A stretch of DNA of 39,720 nucleotides from Eledone cirrhosa (lineage: Eukaryota). The translations under genes and the position numbers were made by a program. The notes below the pieces were generated by a model. That model was given only the letters and a program-made list of their open reading frames with translations, was not told the DNA's origin and made no database searches. The stretch spans positions 1-39,720 of the forward strand of contig CAXHJY010001223.1 in the NCBI GenBank assembly GCA_964016885.1. The letters run 5' to 3'. Position 1 is the stretch's first letter; the number at the start of each line of letters is the position of its first letter. Shown piece after piece: positions 9,742 to 18,361 of the stretch.

Positions 9742-11529
9742 TTACCTCTCTGCGTCCCGGGTATCGGGCTGCACAATTTCCATTAGGGTGGGGGATGGGT
9801 TGTTGGGTGGGGTGGTGGTTTGTGGAAGTGTGGGGGCATCAGTGTGTTGTGTGGTTGGCGAGCTTGGAGTTGTGAGGGTGTTTGGGGAGGGGGTGGGATA
9901 GTTTTTTAGGAGGACGCGGTTAATGGGCCCGACGCAGGGGGGACCCACGTCCTCTTTAAAATTGTTTTTTAAAGTTTTATAGGTGTCCTGTGGGGCCTTA
10001 ATCATTTTGAGGTGGGGGAAATCCCCTGCCTGGGTGAAGTTAGGCCCTTGTGTTTTTATTAGATTGTTGTTGTACACAATGTTTAACAGTTTTTTGTTTC
10101 TTGTATTTATGTATGTGTATGCATGTTTTTGTTTTTGTGTGGTGTTTTTTGTTTGCTGTTGTGAGCTCTTTTGTGTTGGTGTCAGTGTTATGTTTTGGGG
10201 AGGGTTTTTTTTCATTTGTGTGTCTGAGGTGTGTTTTCTTTTTTTTCTTTTGATTGTGTGGAAGTGCTCCTCCTCGTCTGACGACGAACTAGGGTCATCT
10301 TCCGCGTTGGAGGGGAGGGGTATATTTTCGGGTTGTGTTTGCGGTACGGGTGTTTTGGAAATTGTTTTTGTTTTTTGAGTGGAGGGGATGGGTTGGACAT
10401 TGTTTTGTTTTGGTTTGAGCTGTGGTGGTTGTTTTTGTAGTGGTAGTTGTGGTGATTGTGTTGGTTGTGCAGTTGTTGGTGGTGTAGGCAGGATTGGGGT
10501 TTTCTTATTAAGTTGGGGACAGACAGCCCTCAGGTGACCTCTGGTTCCGCAGAGGTAACACGAGGGCCGTCTACCCTCAATGGTAATGTTGATGAAGGTT
10601 AGATCATCCAGTATGACGCGTTCAGGGATCTGGGCGATCCTTTCGGGCCTCATTTGAACTACAAGTTCGAGGCTCGTTCCACTGAACGCGTCACCCGATG
10701 CCTTTCCCATGGACACCAGCATGTCATCCTCCAGGTCCAGAAAACCTGTCAAAACCCACCATATGTCCATAATCGGCAGGATGGTGTGGATTTTTATTTT
10801 TTGTGTTCTTCTACCCATGTACGTAGGGTAGAAGGTGTATGCGGTGGATGTGATTGGTTTGATGGACAGTTTCACTGCTGTGTCCCTGTCCTTCATGAGA
10901 ATGGATAGACTCCCGTAGAGTCTATCCTTCTGAATGAAGGTGATGTCCTTCATGACGTCTTTTAAAACCAGCTCTATCTCGCTCTGTGATGGTTGAGCTG
11001 GTTTTTTACTTTTGTTCGAGATTGTCCTAAACATGACCGTGTTTAGGAGTCTCTGGCTTTTTAGTTCCGGGGGGGAATGGATTGTGAATGAACCATTTTC
11101 CCCGTACACTATATATTTTTTCGCATCCGCCAGTAGCTCCTTCGCTTTTGTTATATCTACTGGCAGATAGTCGAGGGTTTTCCTTGTCGTCTCGGCGAAG
11201 GAGAAATTTTGTTTGTTTGTGTTGTTGTTGTCGTTGGTGGTGTTGTTGTTATCATTGTTGTTGTTGTCACCGTTATTGGTCTTGTTGTTGTTATTGTTAT
11301 TGTTATTGGTGTTGTTTTCGTCCGTCGCATTGTTGTTGTTGTTGCTGTTGCTGCTGGTTCTTTGGGTTGTTGCCATGGCAACGTCAAGTTGTCGGTTAAC
11401 AGGTGGAGAGAATTCTTCCTCTGGCTGACCTATCTTCTTGACCTCTGCTACTGTGACAGTGGCAGGGGGAAGCTGTAAGTTCATCTTCCCCTTTCCTCCT
11501 TCGAATTTTGGTGAAGAAGCTTCGGCCAT
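9742..11529 (-). CDS. T2 ORF1: 595-aa nucleic-acid-binding protein with CCHC zinc knuckle
   Basis: Open ORF with CYLCGTRGHLRAVC, poly-Asn and Pro/Gln/Thr-rich low-complexity regions, and a basic KRKKRK stretch. Confidence 0.92.
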   Translation of the reverse strand: MAEASSPKFEGGKGKMNLQLPPATVTVAEVKKIGQPEEEFSPPVNRQLDVAMATTQRTSSNSNNNNNATDENNTNNNNNNNNKTNNGDNNNNDNNNTTNDNNNTNKQNFSFAETTRKTLDYLPVDITKAKELLADAKKYIVYGENGSFTIHSPPELKSQRLLNTVMFRTISNKSKKPAQPSQSEIELVLKDVMKDITFIQKDRLYGSLSILMKDRDTAVKLSIKPITSTAYTFYPTYMGRRTQKIKIHTILPIMDIWWVLTGFLDLEDDMLVSMGKASGDAFSGTSLELVVQMRPERIAQIPERVILDDLTFINITIEGRRPSCYLCGTRGHLRAVCPQLNKKTPILPTPPTTAQPTQSPQLPLQKQPPQLKPKQNNVQPIPSTQKTKTISKTPVPQTQPENIPLPSNAEDDPSSSSDEEEHFHTIKRKKRKHTSDTQMKKNPPQNITLTPTQKSSQQQTKNTTQKQKHAYTYINTRNKKLLNIVYNNNLIKTQGPNFTQAGDFPHLKMIKAPQDTYKTLKNNFKEDVGPPCVGPINRVLLKNYPTPSPNTLTTPSSPTTQHTDAPTLPQTTTPPNNPSPTLMEIVQPDTRDAER

Positions 11530-11643
11530 TTAAAAAAATATTGACTTTTCAACAAGAAAAAACTTTTTTTTTTAACTATTTCGCCTAAAGGCGTAGAATA
11601 TTTTGAGAGACTGACCAGATCAAAGTTTGACCTGGCAGTCCCT

Positions 11644-11710
11644 CTACAAAATGGTACAAAAATTAAAGTTATCAGACAAGAATTTCTATAGAAATTTAAA
11701 CAGAACTTAC
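11644..11710 (-). other. Putative 67-nt spliceosomal intron in the Tx1 5'UTR (copy T2)
   Basis: GTAAGT donor, CTGAT branch-like motif ~27 nt before the acceptor, and TTTTTGTACCATTTTGTAG acceptor. Boundaries conserved with T0. Confidence 0.5.
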
Positions 11711-11741
11711 TCAGCAAGTTATACGCGTGTGTCCATCCCAG

Positions 11742-11747
11742 AGATAG

Positions 11748-11800
<53 letters not shown>

Positions 11801-11811
11801 GATAGATAGAT

Positions 11812-11841
<30 letters not shown>
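11742..11841. repeat. (GATA)n microsatellite
   Basis: Read directly from the sequence. Confidence 0.98.
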
Positions 11842-11842
<1 letters not shown>

Positions 11843-12245
11843 TGCCACATCTTTATTGAGCATTACATGATCATGTGTACGCAGGTGACTTTTCAGACCA
11901 TCTTTTCTTTTGCTAGCAGGTTCACAGATGCGACACTTAAACTGTCTGTCCCCTGCCTTTCCTGACTGGGTGTGTCTTCATTGTATTCTACCATGTCTGA
12001 TCTGTCCACCAGCTGACTCGCGAATTAAGCCACATTCACTGTAAATGTACCATGAAGTGTGTGACAGTAGAACCGTTTCACAAGTGGCTTGATTTCTCCC
12101 TGGATTTTGAGACTTCAGGTGGTTAACAAGCCCAGCTCTTGTTAGAAGAAATCAGCCACATACATTGAACCTTAACGCCTGCTGGATTTTTGCAGGCACT
12201 GCACTTGAGTCCCGTGAACGCTTCAAAGCAGCATGCTCCACCCAC
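11842..12245 (-). mobile_element. Degenerate LINE 3' remnant with three C2H2-like fingers (RTE-like C-terminus)
   Basis: Manual minus-strand translation gives VEHAALKR...NVCG*FLLTRAGLVNHLKS, YSECGLIRESAGGQIRH and FKCRICEPASKRKDGLKSHLRTH, followed by AATAAA. Contains stops. Confidence 0.55.
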
Positions 12246-12418
12246 TATTTCTCAATGACATTACATGCATATTTGATGATCGTTCTCCATGATTTAATTA
12301 GAAGTCATTGACATTAAATATTTTTATATCACACCAACCCAGCTTCTACAATATTAATATATTTCTTTTAAATGATCTAATTCTTTATTAAGTTATATTC
12401 CAGACACCGGCTTCACAA

Positions 12419-12443
12419 TGTGTATGTGTGTGTGTGTGTGTGT

Positions 12444-12515
<72 letters not shown>
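12419..12515. repeat. (TG)n(GA)n(G)n compound microsatellite
   Basis: Read directly from the sequence. Confidence 0.95.
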
Positions 12516-12794
12516 CTTATAATACAAAATACCTGCAAATATTTGATTGACTTTTACATAATTATAAGATCATTGATGAAACATCTCAAAGAGTTTTCAA
12601 GACTGGTTAAAGCCCAGCTCCCTTTTTTCTTTTTTTTTTAGTTGGAACACTCCAGAAGCCATACCTACTGGGAACAGCAAGGGCCCTCTGATATGTCCTG
12701 AATATCTGAGGCTGCAAGTAACGGCTTGATGTTCATCAGGGAAAATTTTCCTGCTAAATAACAACAATGACTGAGATATCAAAGTAATAATAAT

Positions 12795-12983
12795 AATTGT
12801 TTCTACTTTAGGCACAAGGCCAGCAATTATCCAGTGCATTACTGGTACTTTATTTTATCGACCCCGTAAGGATGAAAGGCAAAGTCAACCTCGGCGGAAT
12901 TTGAACTCAGATCGTAAAGGGACGTAACTATGCTGGAAAGCATGGCGTCCGACCCTCTACCGCTACTGCCAATCCACCACCTT
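12795..12983 (-). mobile_element. tRNA-derived SINE (octopus type), internally deleted
   Basis: Minus strand carries a B-box-like GAGTTCAAATTCC followed by the core gccgaggttgactttgcctttcatcc...ggggtcgataaaataaagtaccagt. Recognised from memory of octopus SINEs. Confidence 0.8.
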
Positions 12984-12993
12984 TAATAATAAT

Positions 12994-13895
12994 GATTTCT
13001 TTATTAGACTACACAGAGCTCACATTAAGGAAACATTAAAAAACGGTACAGGACGATACAGTGAGAGTTTTTTGTGAAAAACAAAATTTATAACAGATTA
13101 AGAAAAATAAACATTAAAAAAGCCTTACAAATTGCCCAAAGGTGGGGAGACTCCAAGTGTCCTCTCCCAGTTGTTCTCCTCCAATTTACAATCGTATGCT
13201 CAAGGCAGGCCCATTCACACGGACCATGATCGCCACTCTCACCTACCTTTCAATAAACTGTCTGGCTGGAAGGCAGCACTTGCCTCTCCACTCTGATTTT
13301 CCTTTTCAAATGAAACCTGAAAAAGTTAATCAGGGCTTTCAATCGCATCCACAACATAGCCTCTTTCGCCATGGCTAGCAGGCAGATAAAAACTGCCTGT
13401 CCTTTTCCTCTAAAGGAAGAATGTGGGCGATCTTCACAATGGACTCAGTTGATAGTCAGATCCGTTCTACACGTGGAAACTAGTGTTCGACATAAACACA
13501 TAAGTCAGCAATACTTGGACATTCGATGAGGGCATGCAGGACAGTTTCGTCACCTTGCGCGCACCTCGGACAGGCCCGGCTGACGACACTTCCATGCCTG
13601 TGGAGTTTATCTCGAACTGGCAAAGCCCCTCGGTAGCACTTCCAAGCCAGAGATGTCTGGAAGTTGTCCATGGGCCCTGGACCGAAAGTCCTCTGGAAAA
13701 GAGTGACTAGCTGATTTTCGTCAACACTCAAAGTCCCCCCCAAGAACGTCGTGATTTTTTTTACCACTAAACTTCTATAGAACGCCAATGTGGAGTCTCC
13801 ACTGATTCTACTGCTCGATTGACTGAGGGCTGTGAGCGCCTGAAGACATTCCAGTCACCAAGCGCTCCCTCTCCATTTTCGCTTGACCTTGGAGC
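12994..13895 (-). mobile_element. Older, diverged Tx1 3' fragment (subfamily C) ending in (AAT)n
   Basis: PGPMDNFQTSLAWKCYRGALPVRDKL...CPRC..DETVLHALIEC is homologous to the T2 ORF2 C-terminus. The 3' end is AATAAAGAAATC followed by (ATT)n. Confidence 0.85.
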
Positions 13896-13909
13896 AGACA
13901 CGAGGTGTC

Positions 13910-14147
13910 AATATAGCACCATGGTGTTTATTCACATGTAACACGCGTTCAATCAGCTCAAGGCAAGATCGGTATCGATCGGATCCGATTCTGGAATCGA
14001 TAGCTCATGACATTTCTGAAAGGAAGCACATTACAAGTACGATGAGCTATCGATTTCAGAGACGGGGTCAATCGATACTGATCGTACCTTGAGCTGATAG
14101 AACACGAAACGCGCGTCGCATGTGAATATACATCATGGTGTTACATT
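13910..14147. mobile_element. ~238-bp imperfect palindrome (MITE/foldback-like)
   Basis: Arms pair throughout: aatatagcaccatggtgtttattcacatg with catgtgaatatacatcatggtgttacatt; atcagctcaagg with ccttgagctgat; aatcgatagctcat with atgagctatcgatt. Confidence 0.7.
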
Positions 14148-14542
14148 AATACTTCGTTCCTGCTCCTTATTTTATTTAGTATCTTCCACCTACAACTAAC
14201 TTGCCCTCCACCTCTTGTTCTCGGCTGACAGGATGGAGAATACATTGCCTCGGAGGAGGAGACTCGCACCTGCGGGCAGCCAACTCCGCTCCGATAGCAA
14301 TGTGTAGGATTGTGGCCCGGGAGCCAAGGAACACCGAAAGTCTTCACTGCAACAGGCGGGGTTTAGCGTCACAAGAACCTGGAACTAAACAACATACAAA
14401 TAACAGATATGGAATGGAGAATCCTATAACAGATACAGTTGAGTGATTTGTAGTGAAACATTGTTAAAAGATGAAGTAAAACCTCCACTGTAATTCTCTG
14501 TTACTAATATACAAATATGATAACTGAGACTGGTCTACTACT

Positions 14543-14592
14543 GGTAGTGTGCCGAGTGGTCTAAGGCGTGGTTTCGAAAGCAGCTACTGCCA
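14543..14592 (+). pseudogene. tRNA-Leu(TAG-type) relic lacking anticodon and variable arms
   Basis: ggtagtgt-gccgagtggtctaaggcg...ttcgaa...actgcca, with the same flanks as 29052-29133. Confidence 0.8.
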
Positions 14593-14631
14593 ATAGTTTT
14601 TGTTTTCTTTCTTTTTTCATATGGCCTTAAT

Positions 14632-14852
14632 AATTGTATCAGCTATAGGCACCAGGCCATCAGTTTGAAGGGGGAGGGTGAAATTCGATTAAATCGACCC
14701 CAGTGCATTTCTGGTGCTTTATTTTATCGACCCCATAAGGATGAAAGACAAAGCTAACTTCGGCAGGATTTGAACTCAGAACCTGAAAGGCCGTAACTCT
14801 ATGTCGTAAAGCATAATGTCCTATGCTTTACCGATGCTGTAATCCACCACCC
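14632..14852 (-). mobile_element. tRNA-derived SINE with 16-bp TSD; part of every array unit
   Basis: TSD TTCATATGGCCTTAAT at 14616-14631 and 14853-14868. The same SINE and TSD recur at ~27045-27265, ~29175-29380 and ~36515-36725. Confidence 0.85.
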
Positions 14853-15229
14853 TTCATATGGCCTTAATGATCAATAATATTTACACATAATACATAAAGG
14901 GAGTGAAAGTGGGGTGAAAAGAAGAAATGTGTGTCGTCTGAACTAATATCCTCTACTTTCAACTAACTTAGCCTACACCTCTTGGTCCCGGCTGACAGGA
15001 TGGAGAATACAGCGCCCAGGAGGACGGGTTTCGGACCTGCGGGCGGCCAACTCCGCTCCGATAGAAATGTGTAACATTGTGGCACGGTACCAATAAACAC
15101 TTGAAGTCTCCTCTACGACAGGCTCTACAACGAATTACATTTTAGTAAGAGATGAAGTAATACCACATCTGTCATTATCTTTGATATCTAATATGAAAAT
15201 ACTATACCTAAACGTCGGAATTATCAAGT

Positions 15230-15311
15230 GGTAGCTTGGCCGAGCGGTCTAAGGCGCTGATTTAAGGCACCAGTCTCTTCGGAGGCGTGGGTTCGAATCC
15301 CACCGCTGCCA
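15230..15311 (+). tRNA. tRNA-Leu(AAG), variant with two stem mismatches (possible pseudogene)
   Basis: 82-nt type II cloverleaf with loop TT-AAG-GC, A and B boxes, and T-runs downstream. G7>T in the acceptor stem and a G>A mismatch in the anticodon stem. Confidence 0.8.
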
Positions 15312-15399
15312 TATTTTATTTTTTACTTTTTCATACATCAAGTTGATATGATTTTTAAAAGTAATTTGTAGAATGTGTGCATGCACTTACACGCATAAT

Positions 15400-15563
15400 T
15401 AATCGTAAGGTCCCCACTGAATATAAAAAACGAGTATTTTTGCTGTCCACTCGTCCAGCCACGTCGGCTCAAGTTGCAAGGGGAGGCCTGCAGCATCCCA
15501 GCCATGCTTGATAATCCCGTTGAGAGTAGCATGGCGTGGAAGGTGGTCGACACTATAGCGGCA
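15400..15563 (-). mobile_element. Fossil fragment of an RLE-type (CRE-like) non-LTR retrotransposon in the array spacer
   Basis: Manual translation CRYSVDHLPRHATLNGIIKHGWDAAGLPLQLEPTWLD resembles the C..S.GR..RH..LN.IIKR.L..AG.PS.LEP.GL.R.DG segment preceding the PD-(D/E)xK nuclease. Repeated at ~27813-27982 and ~35132-35301, and partially at ~37270-37365. Confidence 0.55.
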
Positions 15564-16086
15564 ACAATTGTATAAATGACATTAAAAATTGTTTAGAGGT
15601 CTTACAGAATGAAAATCTGGATTAAAAAAAGTTGAATCATGTCACTCCGCGTCTCAATGCGTTCGTGAGGTGAATGAGTTAAAACGAAGGAAGGAGGGTG
15701 GTGAAAATTCTACGCCGAAACGAACAAAAAAATCAAATAGCGTTTCATGATTTGCACAAAGCCTTGCACGGGTGGGTGTGGGTATGTGTGTATGTGTGAT
15801 AGCGCTTTGCTCAGTGTTTACAGCGTTAGCCCTTGGTTTCGCCCGTGAATTCTTTCAGTCAAAAACAAAATCACTCTTTTTCCTCTTTGTTTTCTCTCTC
15901 TGTTTTTCCTCCTTAGAGCCTCTTGAAATGTGTTTACCATCAATCCTTTGGTATATAACTATTATGCAATACACACCTGATAATGTCACTAGGTTCATAC
16001 GTAACTTGACCACTGAAATGTGCTTAGTGTCTACGGGAATAAAAATTGGAAGGAATTCAATCTGTCCGGCCTCCAGTCATTTTACT

Positions 16087-16198
<112 letters not shown>

Positions 16199-16892
16199 AA
16201 TTTGAAAATTTCTGTATGTATGTGTATATGGTGTATATGTGTGTCGACATTTTTTAATGAGGGCTCATATATTCTAAACCATTCATGCGATTTCTCCTTG
16301 CACAAAACCTGTACATGATCTACAAAGGCTTTAAAAAATCGATATTGGGGCCTTTGGAGACATTAAAAAAGTTTCGGTTATTTGTGTGAATTTTCGTGAT
16401 TAAGAAAACAAGAGTTATCTTTCGTAATCAAGAGTTATCTTTCTTAATTCGGCTCGTTCGGATTTTAATTTATTCTTTCTACTTGAAACAAAGAGAAATA
16501 ACAATATCATTTCGTATATTTCACAACCAGCAATTTCTAACAGATTACTAAGTTAATTTATAAATTTGACATTGTATAATTTACCGTTTCAAGCTTGATG
16601 TTCATATTAACTGATCTCATAACTTTTACAATATTATGCTTAAATTTATCTAAAGGATGGTTTAGAATAATTCTACTTTTTCGCATTGATTAGATTACGT
16701 TTCTGACACATAATTTAATTATTAACTTACATACCCTGTACATTTCCAACGTTATACCGCTACATGTACTTCAAATACATTTTACAATTAATCTTTATTT
16801 TTACATTCGATTGTATTATATCGTGTTTCTTCTATGTATTCAAATTTACTTTGTTTAGTTTAATGAGCTACATCGAAAGCTACTTGAACCGT

Positions 16893-16894
<2 letters not shown>

Positions 16895-16978
<84 letters not shown>

Positions 16979-17004
16979 CTATCTATCTATCTATCTGTCT
17001 ATCT
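16895..17004. repeat. (TA)n followed by (TATC)n
   Basis: Read directly from the sequence; abuts the 5' junction of T3. Confidence 0.97.
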
Positions 17005-18361
17005 ACAGACAAAAACAAACACAACACAAGAAAATTACACTTACACTTACATAAACCCTGAAAACAAAACACTAATGGAAACCATCACGAACAACTCTTC
17101 GGTGAAAACCGAAGGGAAAACTTTCGCCCACTCTATTAAAAATAACAAAAAACTGAACCTAAAACTGATTAGGGTCCCTATACAAACTTATAGGTCTCTA
17201 AAAGAAACATTTGAAAAGGATGTGGGGAATTCCTGCGTGAAACCACTTAACCGCGTCCTTCTCAAATGTATCCCCTCCCCAACAGACCCCCCCCCACATC
17301 TCCGTCCCCACCCCGCCGGAAACCACCACCCACCCAGACAACCCCTCCAACACCCCCTTGGAAATCGTTCAGCCTGGTCCCCAGGAGACGAAGGGTGAGT
17401 GATTTCTTTTCCTCTTTTAACTTTTCAGCACCAACATGGCCAATATAAGAGTTGGATGTGTGAACGTACGCTGCCTGGGGATGCCCTGGAAACAGGGAAA
17501 ACTCTTAAACGACCTCAAGTCGCACAGTATGGATGTAGTAGCCATTTGCGAGTCCAGGATCTACAGCGAGCGACAGCTATCCCCCATCTTCGATGACTTT
17601 GAGGTCTACGCATCTCTCTGTCGGCCGGGGGGTGGGGGCGGAGTTGCCGTTTTGCTGCGAAAACACCTGGGCCTCGTAACACAGACGGTACATCTGGACC
17701 CGGAGGGTCGACTCGTGGTCCTAGACGTTGACGGTAGTGAAGGTGGAGCCTGCAGGCTGGTGGCTGCATATGTCCCATCCGGGATACCGCGGCCAGACTT
17801 CTTCAAACGTCTAGAGACTTTTCTAGGAACGTCCCGCTCCTTGCTTTTAGTGGGGGACTGGAATGGAATCCTAGATGCACGTTGGGACTATGTGGGAGCA
17901 TGTCCCGATAAAGGGGGGTGTAACAGCCTCAAACAGTTAATCGACCGATTTGACCTGGCCGAGAGATATCGACAAGATTTTCCGACTGTGCCACTGTGGA
18001 CGTGGACTAATCGCAGCGGAACATCTAGATCGTACCTAGATAGGGTTCTAGTTAGAAATAAGGATAGGGACATGTTAAGCTGTCCACAAATGTTCATGGT
18101 TGCCAATTCAGATCACAAACTAGTGACCTGCATGGCCAACCTTGATACAACCCATAGACAAGGACCCGGCTACTGGAAGCTGAACTTGTCGTTACCGACA
18201 TGCAAAGCCTACAGTAGACGGATTAGCACTTTAGTTGAACAGCACTGGACAGGGGCCATTTTCAACCACAGATGGTGGTACTCTCTCAAGAGGGCAGTTA
18301 AATTAGACTCGTTAGTTTTTAGTAAAGAATTAGCGTTAGATAGAAATAGAACCGAGAAGGA
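17005..18361 (+). mobile_element. Tx1 subfamily B fragment T3 (ORF1 C-terminus plus ORF2 endonuclease), truncated at both ends
   Basis: ORF1 motif [16 protein letters not shown]; ORF2 MANIRVGCVNVR...GDWNG...YLDRV...SDH...GPGYWKLN. Ends at NRTEK, joined to Penelope sequence. Confidence 0.9.
17436..18361 (+). pseudogene. T3 ORF2 APE endonuclease domain only
   Basis: ORF 17436-18380; homology to T2 ORF2 stops at ~18361. Confidence 0.88.

Larger units (their letters stand above)
6016..11737 (-). mobile_element. Full-length Tx1-group non-LTR retrotransposon T2 (~5.7 kb) embedded in (GATA)n
   Basis: 5'UTR, open ORF1, open ORF2 and a 3'UTR with AATAAA. No poly(A). (GATA)n on both sides. Confidence 0.96.

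Noticed and set aside
1372-9901. Many short plus-strand ORFs duplicated in T1 and T2
   Set aside because: Antisense shadows of the GC-rich ORF2; duplicated only because the elements are.
14970-15110. Possible HDV-like ribozyme on the minus strand (ccc-gtcctcct-ggg)
   Set aside because: No consistent P1, P2 or P1.1 pairing could be built, and the paralog at 14200-14345 does not keep it.
15590-15775. Possible Helitron-like end (gcacaaagccttgcacggg)
   Set aside because: No clear hairpin plus CTRR terminus; not supportable from sequence alone.
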